Origin: Candidatus Latescibacterota bacterium
Lineage (GTDB): Bacteria; Latescibacterota; UBA2968; SICM01
Assembly (NCBI GenBank): GCA_965217865.1
Contig: CBDCJO010000002.1
Span: 416,001 to 480,000 of the forward strand
Direction: 5' to 3'
DNA: 64,000 bases
Each line of letters starts with the position of its first letter. The stretch's first letter is position 1. The translations under genes and the position numbers were made by a program. Below the pieces are notes generated by a model. It had not been told where the DNA came from. It searched no databases and worked only from the letters and a program-made list of their open reading frames with translations. Of the stretch, positions 21,374 to 31,399 are shown piece after piece.

Positions 21374-22038
21374 GTAGTCGTCTCCCGCTGTTCGCCGCTG
21401 CCGAGGATCTCGGCCAGCAGCCCCTCCGTCCCGCTCCTCTGTCCTGTCGCGCGCGCCTCAACCAGCCGTCGCACGTCCCGCGCCCACCACGCGGAAGGAT
21501 CAACCGAAATGTCCTTGTCCCGACCGGGGGTAAGCCCCAACATCGGGCGGCTGGATGAGCCGCCGTTCATGCGCGCAACACCCTGGTTTCCTGCGCCGCC
21601 ATAGCCCTCGGACGTTTGCAGCGACACCAGCGCGCACACCCAATCCTCCGGTGTCGCCCGCTTCGCCACAGATTGTTTCAGGTCGTGATTCTTCGAAGTG
21701 ATCAGCATGTCGAGCGCATCGAGCGTCGCCACGGCGGACCATTTAAGGCCTCCCGGGTCCGGCGGCTGCAGGAAGGCTGGTTTTCCCCGTTCGTCTATAG
21801 TGAGCCGCCATGGCGCGTCGTCGGTATGATCCCGAGTCAATCTCCGCAGGTCAACTGCCCAGTCCGCCGCATCCACTGACAGGTCGTTGCGCTTCGCCGC
21901 CCACAGCGCAAGTGCGCCAAGTTGCACAAGAAACATGTGCCAAGCCGGGCGCTGGTCTTCGTGGTTAAATCTGAACTCTATTTCCTTCAGGGATAAATGG
22001 AACTGATGTCGAGGGATTCCTCTGTATTGATATACCAA
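21370..22038 (-). pseudogene. chimeric ORF: IS1595 transposase tail + type I-E Cas8e (Cse1/CasA) N-terminal fragment + HsdM C-terminal tail
   Basis: YRGIPRHQFHLSLKEIEFRFNH | QRPAWHMFLVQLGALAL...PW...KPAFLQPP...LDMLITSKNHDLK...LVSLQTSEGYGGAGNQGVARMNGG | TEGLLAEILG. Confidence 0.7.
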
Positions 22039-22067
22039 TTTTTAGAGGCCGGTTGAGCATGTCATTG

Positions 22068-22802
22068 TTAAGTCAACAATCCAAAGATCGATTTGATGCG
22101 CAACAACCATACTGTCCAAATGGCTTCACCCATGATTCTTTTTGACATCTTTGAATCACCTGCTGTGCGATCATAAAATATGATAGGAATTTCTTTTATC
22201 CTGAATCCCTTCTTCCATATTCGCATTGTAACTTCAATCTGAAATGCATAGCCAGATGCATGAAGACTTTCAAGATCAATAGCCACCAAGGCCTCTCGGC
22301 GAAAGCACTTAAATCCACCTGTGGCATCTCTCACCGGCATTCCAGTTACCAACCGAGCATATACATTGGCATAGTAGGACAGTAAAAGCCTCGTTATTGG
22401 CCAGTTAATAACATTTACCCCCGTTATGTACCTTGAACCCAGCACCAAGTCGTGGTTTTCTATTTCCCTCAAATGGTCTTCCAAATATTGGGGTCGATGA
22501 GAAAAGTCAGCATCCATCTCAAAAATGTAATTGAATTTCCTTTCAATTGCCCATTTGAACCCTGCAATATAAGCTCTTCCGATCCCTTCTTTTTTTTCCC
22601 GGTGTAATACGTAAACTTTGTCGTACAACTTGGCTAGGTTCTCAGCAATCTCGCCCGTTCCATCAGGGGAATTGTCATCCACAATTAGGATACTAATGCG
22701 CAGGTCCACTGGCAAAATTGCTTGGACTATCCGTTCAACGTTTTCTCGTTCATTATAAGTTGGGATTATTACTAAGGCCCTTTTTGTCTTCCTCTTAGAC
22801 AT
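22068..22802 (-). CDS. polyprenol monophosphomannose synthase (GT2, DPM1-like); AT-rich foreign segment
   Basis: IIPTYNERENV, VDDNSPDGT, EMDADFSH, GSRY, DATGGFKCFRR and GYAFQIE; visibly more AT-rich than its flanks. Confidence 0.9.
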   Translation of the reverse strand: MSKRKTKRALVIIPTYNERENVERIVQAILPVDLRISILIVDDNSPDGTGEIAENLAKLYDKVYVLHREKKEGIGRAYIAGFKWAIERKFNYIFEMDADFSHRPQYLEDHLREIENHDLVLGSRYITGVNVINWPITRLLLSYYANVYARLVTGMPVRDATGGFKCFRREALVAIDLESLHASGYAFQIEVTMRIWKKGFRIKEIPIIFYDRTAGDSKMSKRIMGEAIWTVWLLRIKSIFGLLT

Positions 22803-22973
22803 TCTCAAACCTTTCAACAAAAAAGTGTATCCTTTTACCTTGATGATTGTGTTGAGAGAATAAAGAAGATAATAATGGGTTTTCGTGCGCCTGTAGCAGA
22901 AGCGCTGGTTGTGGGATTCTTGGATACTTCTCTGACGGCGAGAATATTGACGTGGTGAGGCGATTCTCCCGGG

Positions 22974-23025
22974 CATTGGCTACACGGAATTTAAGAGTTG
23001 ACAGGATACGCCAAATTCATATATT
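22974..23025 (+). promoter_or_regulatory. sigma70-like promoter; copy of 41963-42015
   Basis: TTGACA(22998)-16 nt-TATATT(23020); about 50 bp aligns with 41963-42015. Confidence 0.55.
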
Positions 23026-23028
23026 TTC

Positions 23029-23256
23029 GAGTTCTCGGCAAGAGGTGTGTAAAAAGGTCAGGCGGCCAGCTTCTTCCCGGAGTCGATAGTGGTCTTGTTG
23101 TGTCGCGGTGGTGCTGTGCGTAGACAGCCGTTAGCAGATGGGGTGCATTGAGTCGTCGGAAGCGTTTTTCAGCGACCATCAGTGTGCGCCAGATCAGGGC
23201 GCTTGCGGCGGCGACCTTTTTGTATCGCTTGGCCGCGTTGGTTCTGAGGCGGACGG
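23029..23256 (-). mobile_element. IS256-family right-end remnant
   Basis: near-identical to 28404-28628 (caagaggtgtgtaaaaaggtcaggcggcc...). Confidence 0.85.
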
Positions 23257-23313
23257 CATTGACCGAACCTGAAGAGGATTGACAAAAGAACTCAAACTGC
23301 CCGGAGGCTGCAG

Positions 23314-23878
23314 ATGAAGATGGTATGTCTGTTTATCATTTTAGTTCTTTTTCCTTTTGGTCCCGCAATAGAGGCAACGGATCTAAAAGATCTAATAAAG
23401 ATATATGGAAGCATCCGTCCAGAAATTATCAGCCGTTCTCCAGAGAGCGGTGACGGTACTAGACGTATGGACGACGGATATTCACGGATGGGCATCAAGG
23501 GGAAGGCCACTTTATCCGAAAGCCTGTGGGGGTTTTATAAATACGAGCGCCGTGTCTCCTCGAATGACGGGGAAGACGATGGCGCCGTTCGTGGGGACAA
23601 CAATGAACTGAGGCAGGTTCACGCAGGGATCGGCGGGAATTTCGGAACCCTATCGATCGGACCTGGATCTCACACCTCTGAACAGCGTAAGACTCGCCGT
23701 GACATTTAAACGAGACGGTGACAATTCCGACCTCGATGAGGTCTATGTTATCTTCGGAGGAGACCACAGGTTTTCCGAGCATTTTATGGCTTTCGTAGAA
23801 TTTTTCAGGAAATCAACAAAGGTTCCGCAGCCAGGCGATGAAGTCGCATTGATCTCCGGGTTCCGGTTTGATTTCTAA
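23314..23878 (+). pseudogene. Gram-negative porin with a large internal deletion
   Basis: Signal peptide, then IYGSIR...SRMGIKG...YE. A second frame from about 23670 ends in a beta-barrel C-terminus (GGDHRFSEHFMAFVEF...SGFRFDF*). Confidence 0.7.
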
Positions 23879-24002
23879 CCTCAATCCGGCATTCCTGGGC
23901 TGCATTAAGGCACTTTATGACTCGTGTTTTAGAGGGCTCCGTGGCCCTATGATCGCGGAATCTCGGTCCACATTCTGTGAAGATCTCAAAATGAGCCTTC
24001 AT

Positions 24003-24534
24003 GAAAGTATTTGAACTTGGATACCCTTTCCTTGTGGAAGGGGAGGAAAAGTTACGATGGGACTCCGACGGAGCAGTCACGCAGTCTATGATAGCCAGTA
24101 TTCTCTGGTATGGGCGCCGAAGTATCGGAAATGGATTTTGCGAGGTGACCTTCGAGCGTATGTGGGCAAGCTGTTTCATCGGATAGCTGAAGATTTGGGT
24201 TTTGACATCCAAGAGATGGAAGGTGGCCGAAGATCATGTGCATATTTTCTTGTCGTTTCCTCCCCGGTATTCGATTTCCAAGGGAGTGGGCATTTTGAAG
24301 AGTATTTCGGGCAGCCGGGTCTTCCGAGAACATCCGGAGGTGAAAAGGGAGTTATGGGGTGGAGAGTTCTGGGAAGATGGTTATTTTGCCCGCACCGTAG
24401 GCGACAAGGTGACTTCTGAAGTGATCGAGCAATATATTCGGTATCATCGTCAAGAGCAGAAAGGGCCCCTACAGTTGGATCTGTTTGGGGATGGGAGTGG
24501 TTAATGCCCCGCCCTTTGGGTGGGGTGGTTTACT
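24003..24534 (+). mobile_element. tnpA: IS200/IS605-family element (tnpA frameshifted), copy A
   Basis: HUH motif DHVHIFLS and FWEDGYFARTVG; right-end hairpin gccccgccctttgggtgggg; near-identical to 57495-58099; both copies follow TTCAT. Confidence 0.9.
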
Positions 24535-25390
24535 CGGCTCTTTGCTCTTGAACAGATTCGTCTCTACCTACAAGTTACGTCCCCCGATCTGTGATAATCT
24601 GGTATTATCTGTGGTGTTTTTTGCCGGATTAAGGCTAACTCGTCATTTATTTGGAAAAAGCTAGGATTGTCAGCAAAAGCACCGAGAGGGAAATCATGAA
24701 AAAGTTAATTTTCTTAATTCGGTCGTGAGGTCGCTACCCATCTGCAGGCAGCCAGAGATTCCGCCTGCCGTTTGGGTCGACACGAAGGAACGCACTTGGC
24801 CAACGTCGCCGGGCGTCGTCTCCCGCCCAGGTTCGAACCGGGGGGAGCGGCCTTGATCGAATGCGGATTTCCAACGGACACATGTGCCAAATCCGCGCGC
24901 CGGGGCAGCCTGTTCCAAATCCACTCCGGTACAATAGACAGAGATCGAAATGCGTTCTCAGCAGAGACGGACAGGACTCTCACGGCACGTCACGTCTCAT
25001 GTCGTTCTCGCACAGAATGGCAAGCGAAGTAGTCGTCCGGAACCGGACCAGGCCTATCAACGTCTACTATCCTTGCGAGCGAGTCACGGAGACCCGAACA
25101 AGTGACACCGAGACGCGGACGGAAACCGGTCCAAATCCGGTTCGGGGACTCTGTGCAAGGCCGTCGCGCATTTCATGCGGGGGCTCGACGATGACCAGGC
25201 GGGAAAGCGACCGAACGAAAACGCGTGCAGGTTCCTTGCGAACTCGAAAGTCGAGGACGCACTCAACGCCATCGCCGCCAGTATCGAACGGATGTCCGAC
25301 GAGCAAACACCGGACATCCCGCGCGACAGAAGGGCCATACAAACCGTGAAGAACCATAATTCCCAATTCTAATTTGGAGGGATAGGAGAT

Positions 25391-26959
25391 ATGCGCAGAT
25401 ACACCCGTTTTCTCGTCGCCCAGCTGCTTTTCGCACTGTTCCTGTCGTGCATCTTTCCCATCTCCCTCCTTTCACAGGAGGACGCCCGGGAGACCGGGTC
25501 CCCGGGCTGGATGGAGCATCTGATCCTGAACCTGAACGAGTATCTCGGGCACATGGTCAGTTTTATGGATGACATCCTTTTTGCTGATTTCGGGACGGGT
25601 GTCCCGCTGATCGTTGTCGTCCTGGTGGCGGGCGGGGTCTACTTCTCCTTCTTCTTCGGATGGATGTCAATCCGGGGATTTCTGCACGCCATCCAGGTGA
25701 TCCGGGGGCGCTATGACGACCCCAAGGACCCGGGTGAGATCTCCCATTTTCAGGCCCTCACCAGCGCGCTTTCCGCCACGATCGGCTTGGGCAACATCGC
25801 AGGCGTGGCCATCGCCGTGGGGTTGGGGGGACCCGGCGCGGTCTTCTGGATGATCCTCACCGCCCTGTTCGGGATGTCCTCAAAACTCGCTTCCTGCACG
25901 CTAGCGGTCATGTACCGCAAGGTTCATCCGGACGGCCATATATCCGGTGGTCCGATGTACTATCTGGAGCAGGGGCTCCAGAAAAAGGGGCTTCGGCGCC
26001 TCGGCCGCACACTTGCCATTCTGTTTGCGCTCCTCACCATCGGAGCCTCCCTGGGGGGCGGGAACATGTTCCAGGCCAACCAGACGGTGGAGATCTTCAG
26101 CACGGTCTCCGAGGACTTCAGGACCTACAGCTGGGTGGTTGGTCTCTGCTTGTCGATCCTGGTCGGCGTCGTGATCATCGGGGGTATTCGGCGGATCGGC
26201 CGGGTCACGTCCCGTATCGTTCCGTTTATGTGCCTCGCCTACGGGATCATGTCGAGTCTGATCATTCTCTCCCATCTTTCCGATGTCCCGGAGATGATCG
26301 CCAGGATCGTGGGGGAAGCCTTCACGGGGCCTGCTATTTACGGCGGATTCATCGGAATCCTTGTCACCGGGGTGAAGCGGGCGGCCTTCTCGAACGAGGC
26401 CGGCCTCGGGTCCGCTGCATTTGCGCATTCGGCAGCGAAGACCGATGAGCCCGCGCGCGAAGGTATGGTCGCGATGATCGGCCCCTTTATCGACACGATC
26501 GTCATCTGTATGATGACGGCCATGGTGTGTATGATTACGGGTGTTTACAACGACCCGCAGTTCCAGGGTCAGGGGGGCTTCGTCGTGGGGGCCAGGATGA
26601 CGGCGGCGGCCTTCGAGTCGTTTATACCCGGCTCCCGCTACGTCCTTTCGCTGGCCGTCATGCTCTTTGCTTACTCAACGATGATCGCCTGGTCCTACTA
26701 CGGGGAACGGGCGTGGGAATATCTCTTCGGAGCCAAATCCATCCTTGTCTTTCGGATCACCTTCGTCTGCTTCGTGTTTATCGGATCGGTCACCACGTTA
26801 AAAAGTGTGCTCGACTTTTCGGATATGATGATGCTCGGCATGGCCTTCCCGAATATTATCGGGCTCGTGATCCTGAGTCCGCAGATCAAGGCGACTCTGA
26901 ACGAATACTGGGGGCGGCTGAAATCGGGACAGATGGTCCCATACCGGGAGGGGCAATAA
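25391..26959 (+). CDS. alanine/glycine:cation symporter (AGCS family)
   Basis: FQALTSALSATIGLGNIAGVA, GGPGAVFWM, GGPMYYL, RAAFSNEAGLGSA and PFIDTIVIC. Confidence 0.95.
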   Translation: MRRYTRFLVAQLLFALFLSCIFPISLLSQEDARETGSPGWMEHLILNLNEYLGHMVSFMDDILFADFGTGVPLIVVVLVAGGVYFSFFFGWMSIRGFLHAIQVIRGRYDDPKDPGEISHFQALTSALSATIGLGNIAGVAIAVGLGGPGAVFWMILTALFGMSSKLASCTLAVMYRKVHPDGHISGGPMYYLEQGLQKKGLRRLGRTLAILFALLTIGASLGGGNMFQANQTVEIFSTVSEDFRTYSWVVGLCLSILVGVVIIGGIRRIGRVTSRIVPFMCLAYGIMSSLIILSHLSDVPEMIARIVGEAFTGPAIYGGFIGILVTGVKRAAFSNEAGLGSAAFAHSAAKTDEPAREGMVAMIGPFIDTIVICMMTAMVCMITGVYNDPQFQGQGGFVVGARMTAAAFESFIPGSRYVLSLAVMLFAYSTMIAWSYYGERAWEYLFGAKSILVFRITFVCFVFIGSVTTLKSVLDFSDMMMLGMAFPNIIGLVILSPQIKATLNEYWGRLKSGQMVPYREGQ

Positions 26960-27012
26960 AGTTCGGTAATTATCACGTTGGCCACAATTAAGGTAACATG
27001 GTGATATCAGTT

Positions 27013-27170
27013 TCAGTTGGCGGCATATCGTACTGAATTCTCATGGAAGTAACGCATAACCAATGAAGGGTTATCCCGGCGATGGTTCAGATAAATGCGG
27101 AGATTTCGCATCAACGCCGGTCGGTTGCGCGCGCGTTTTCGGCCAACAGCGTTAGCCTTGACGTCCTCCG
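27013..27170 (-). mobile_element. IS630-like transposase C-terminal remnant
   Basis: DVKANAVGRKRARN...LRIYLNHRRDNPSLVMRYFHENSVRYAA* resembles IS630 C-termini. Confidence 0.55.
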
Positions 27171-27198
27171 AAAATGCATACTGGATCAAGGAGGACAT

Positions 27199-28403
27199 AT
27201 GAACCGTACTGTTTTATTGGTAATTATATACTTGAAAAAGTGATAATGAACCAAACGTGTTTGGTCCATTCCTCAAGGGATGCTTCGTATAGATCAACTC
27301 CCGTTTTTGATCACGATCCGCTTGAGTTCAACCATATCCGACTTGATTTCAGCAATCTTCTTTTCCGTAGCCGGCTCGCTGGTCTGCAAACTGAGCTTGC
27401 GTGTTCTCGTCGTTTGTTTTAAGGCGATTATCCGCGCGTATCGATGCAATGGCTTCAACAATCACGTTTTGAAACGCCTTCGCAAGGTTTACAGCGCTCC
27501 CGTTCAAATCGTGACTGGCCATGTCATTTCTCCTCTTTTTACTTTGTCAAGTATATAATTACCGTTTTGTTGTTCATGGGTGTCATCGCAACGTGGGCGT
27601 GTGTACCGCGCTTGGCGCAGGCCCAGACGGGCTCGGGGTTTTATCTGAGCAGCGAATTGGGCGTTCAGGGCGCCTCGTCACTGAATATCACCGGAAGCAG
27701 CAACGATCGGGCCAGCGTGTGCGATGAGTTTATCAATCCGATGTATGCGATGGTCACGACAATTTCAGGATACGAGAGCTATAACTGCACGGGCCCGGAT
27801 CGGGGATCGACTGGAGATTGGACGAACAATTTCGACGGGGCCCGGGGCGTTCTGGCCAGAGCAGCGGTGGGATATGGCTTCCGGGAGAGATACCCGGGCC
27901 ACGTTCTGGGGCGGCTCCGTCTGGAGTTGGAGTACTTCTACCGGAACGCGGCGTATGATCAGAGGTCCAATATCCCCAGTGCATCGGGCGAGAGCGGCGA
28001 CAAGCTCGTTCAAGAAATTGTGACAGCGCAGGACTGGATCGGGAGCATCACCGCGCATAACTTGTTCGGAAATCTGTATTTCGACTTCGTCAACAACAGC
28101 CGCTTCACACCCTATCTCGGGTTCGGTAGCGGGATCGGTTTCACCGACATGGACTATGGGGGTCTCTGGGCGAGGAACTTCGATATGAACGGGATTGCCA
28201 CGGGCGACGGTCTGCCTAACGCATCCGAGATCCGCCAGAATCTGGCTGGAACCGCCAGCGTCGCAGAAACCGAACTCAGCGATACGCCCGTTGGCTATCA
28301 GGTGCTATTTGGTGTTGATTACGCGCTGACGGAATCGATGTCTCTTGGTGTGAAGGGCCGCTGGGTCGACTTCGGTTTCTTCAGTGATGGCGGGGCTACC
28401 TGG
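27199..28403 (+). pseudogene. opacity/P44-Msp2-like outer-membrane beta-barrel, interrupted in its signal peptide by a MITE and 3'-truncated by IS256
   Basis: GAGGA RBS and ATG at 27199. Removing the MITE plus one TSD copy gives MNRTVLLFMGVIATWACVPRLAQAQ. Motifs GFYLSSELG, RLELEYFYR, NLYFDF...PYLGFGSG and YQVLFGVDY. Confidence 0.8.
27219..27563. mobile_element. IS1595-type non-autonomous cassette (345 bp) with a small passenger ORF
   Basis: TIRs ggtaattatatacttgaaaaagt / actttgtcaagtatataattacc; 8-bp TSD gttttatt / gttttgtt; minus-strand ORF MASHDLNGSAVNLAKAFQ... with AGGAG RBS, frameshifted. Confidence 0.8.
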
Positions 28404-29575
28404 GAGCTCTCGTCAAGAGGTGTGTAAAAAGGTCAGGCGGCCAGCTTCTTCCCCGAGTCGATAGTGGTCTTGTTGTCGCGGTGGTGCTGTGCGTAGACAG
28501 CCGTTAGCAGATGGGGTGCATTGAGTCGTCGGAAGCGTTTTTCAGCGACCATCAGTGTGCGCCAGATCAGGGCGCTTGCGGCGGCGACCTTTTTGTATCG
28601 CTTGGCCGCGTTGGTTCTCAGGCGGACGGAGGCAAAGGGGCTTTCGACGACATTGGTGGTTCTCAGGTGTCTCCAGTGCTCTGTCGGAAAGTCGAAGAAG
28701 GTGAGCATGCGATCCCAGTCTCGATCAAGGGCCTTGACTGCCTTGGGGAACTGGTCTTGATATCGTGCGATGAACGGCTTGCGAAGCTTCCCGGCATCTG
28801 TAAGGGTGTTGGCGTAGGGGATCTGAACGAGCAACGCCCGAGCCTGGGCCTCTTGGCGTTTGTGGATCTGGTTGAGCACGTTGAGGACCTTGTGGTTCCA
28901 GCACCGCTGCTGCCGGGTCTGTGGCCAGACCTGATTGACCGCGGACCAGATGCCCATATTGCCGTCGGCGACGACGAGAACAGGGTGGCTCAGGCCACGA
29001 TCACGTAAGCCTCTGAGGACCTCCAGCCAGGACTCGGTAGACACCCTGTAGCCGGGCACCAGGGCGAGAACCTCTTTGCGGCCGTCGCTCGTGGCCCCGA
29101 TGACGACCAGCAGGCACGCCTTATCCTTCTCGAGCCCGGCCTTGACGTAGATGCCGTCTGCCCAGGCGTAGACCAACTCGCGATCATCCAGGCGTCGTTC
29201 CTGCCAGGTTTGGTAGTCGGTTTCCCATTGGCCGCGGAGTCGGGCAATCGACGATGAAGACAACGGCGCCCCATCTCCGAGCAGACCCCGCAGGGCCAGC
29301 TCGAAGTCGCCTTGAGCCAGACCGTGCAGATAGAGTTCTGGCAGCAGCGCTCCCACCTCTTTTGTGTGACGCGCGAACAAAGGCAGGATCCGGATCTCGA
29401 AGCGCTCCTTCAACCCACGAACACGGGGTCGCTTGATCTTTATCGTGCCACAGCAGGTCGACAATCGGCGCGGCTTCCCATAGCCGTTGCGATAACCGGG
29501 GGCCGCATCGACAACTCCTTTACGCTCATACCACCCTCGGCCGAGGAACTGGGTCACTTCCTCCTCGGCAATCAT
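28404..29575 (-). mobile_element. IS256-family transposase, 5'-truncated
   Basis: YRNGYGKPR, WADGIY, LVVADGNMG, QRCWNHK and RTTNVVES. Confidence 0.9.
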
Positions 29576-29802
29576 GGATGGTACAATGTCGTGACGAGAA
29601 TTGATCTGTTCAAGTACAATCTGGTCGGGTACAAAGTGAGCCTATGGGGCAAAGATAGCGGTGGAGATGTCTGTCCCGGAGACGTGAGATACATGAGTCG
29701 CATCTTATTAGAGTTTTATCCACCTCTGAGGGTTGGTAAGTGGATCTTTTTAGTGTCTCAGCCAGACGGTTCCGTTCTGAGAAAGGAGGCCGTAGTCCGA
29801 TT

Positions 29803-30078
29803 ATGAATGCCAAGAATATCCCAGGTATCTTCCGGTTTCTATTATGCTTTACCGTGATTTATTCCATGCTGGCATGGTGTTCGGACATCGCAGCCTCTGA
29901 CAACGCCCAACGTCCCTATGTCCCCTCACGCGAAGTGCCTGCCATTCTTCAATCGACACCCGAAGAAGTAGCCCGGGAGATACTGATGGGTGTAGCCCCT
30001 GGATTCATGGACTTTCCAGAAGGTGGCATGAATTTCAGAACAGCGAGAAAGTCGAGCCGGCCTATAAGAATTTGCTGA
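29803..30078 (+). pseudogene. fragment of a secreted protein (signal peptide)
   Basis: AGGAGG RBS, hydrophobic N-terminus FRFLLCFTVIYSMLAW..IAA; ends abruptly. Confidence 0.35.
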
Positions 30079-30404
30079 CCCGGCATTCCCCCGAACGCCT
30101 GAGCAAGTCATTCCCGAACTTTAACCCTGTTTTCGATCGTGTGAGATTCTCACCGAAGAAAGCGCCAGGAAACGATTCACACAGATCACACAGAACCTGT
30201 CCAAAGCGCCCTGATTATTGCCGCATTAAGGTTAAACCAAGCATTTTGATACCAAAATTGTTAGAAAGCGAAAAGCTCGGAAAAAGAGGCCGAAAAAATC
30301 TCGCCTGTTCTTGTGATAACTACAGCGTCAGACTGACGAGGGAGGTGCTGTATTGGGGGGAAAGCCACAAACCTACGCGGTGATTGCTGAAGAGTTCGAC
30401 AAAC

Positions 30405-30674
30405 CTCCTGAAGACGACGACCGTCGTTCCGCGCGGAGAACGGGTTAATTTCGCCTGGATGCTGACCGCGGGAGTGTCGACATCGCTACGAAAGAGGATG
30501 ATCCTTGGTCTTGCCTGGCGTTACACGGATTCCGGTATCGTCGAAACTGGCAAGGCCAAGGGTCGGATTGTCTGGCGCGACGAAAGTCGCGACCCGCTGG
30601 AGATCGATCTTGCCGAAACCAGAGCGAATCTGTCGAGCCAGGGACTTCGGATATCCTTGCGCTACGTGTTCTGA
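30405..30674 (+). pseudogene. C-terminal fragment of a second opacity-like beta-barrel
   Basis: NFAWMLTAGV...LAWRYTDSG...GLRISLRYVF* (terminal Phe). Confidence 0.65.
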
Positions 30675-31258
30675 AGCCGTAGAGTCCACCCGGTTTAGTG
30701 TCAAGGTGCCTGTTTTAAACTCATCGACTTTAGCCGGTTTGCTTTAGCAGTTGCAGTAGCGTATCTTGCGTCTCCCCAGCAGGAAGGAGGCGCAATGGCA
30801 GAATATCGGAATAGTGGGCACAGTGTATATGATTATAAAGTATCACTTTGTGTGGATCACGGGAGGTGCAAATCATTCGGGGGTCGCTGGCCCCCGATCA
30901 TGTGCTCATCCTGGTTTCTTCTCCGCCTTCTCTGGCACCGTCAAAGCTGATCCCATATGTCAAGGGTCGATCATCTCGTAAGCTTCAGGATGAGTTTCCA
31001 GAGCTTCGGAAGAGGTATTGGGGTCAGCATCTGTGGGCCCGGGGCTATTTTTGCGCGACGATGGGGGCGGTCGATGAAGATACGACCAAGAGATACATCG
31101 AATCCCACAAGTGGGAAGAGGATGGTGGCGAAGGCTTCAAGGTAGAGCCACCACCGTCGCCTTAAGCCCGTTCTCAGCGGGAAGCCCTTCAGGCGGCTTC
31201 AGCCGCAAGCCGACTTTCAGTCGAATAAAACCTACCGGCTTTAGCCGGTAGTGGTTCA
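30675..31258 (+). mobile_element. tnpA: second IS200-family element; tnpA has an internal deletion
   Basis: MAEYRNSGHSVYD/IKYHFVWIT...DHVLIL...KGRSSRKLQDEF...YWGQHLWARGYF; right-end hairpin ctaccggctttagccggtag then ttca. Confidence 0.8.
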
Positions 31259-31399
31259 GAGAGAAGCCGGTATGCTGGCCCGGGTGACGGCCCATAGTCT
31301 TTATTCCGAGCACGGTGCCAGCCCGGCCGCCCAAGTCAACGAGGAGTGGTCGAGCGGCCGTATGTCCCGGGCACGGGACGGTCCGAGCAGGAATTCTTC

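Noticed and set aside
22803-22976. N-terminal extension of the glycosyltransferase
   Set aside because: Family similarity starts at MSKRK (22802); the upstream frame is merely open and crosses a compositional junction.
24950-25372. ORF with an in-frame TGA near 25104 as a possible selenoprotein
   Set aside because: No recognisable family, redox motif or clear SECIS; more likely a decayed or spurious ORF.
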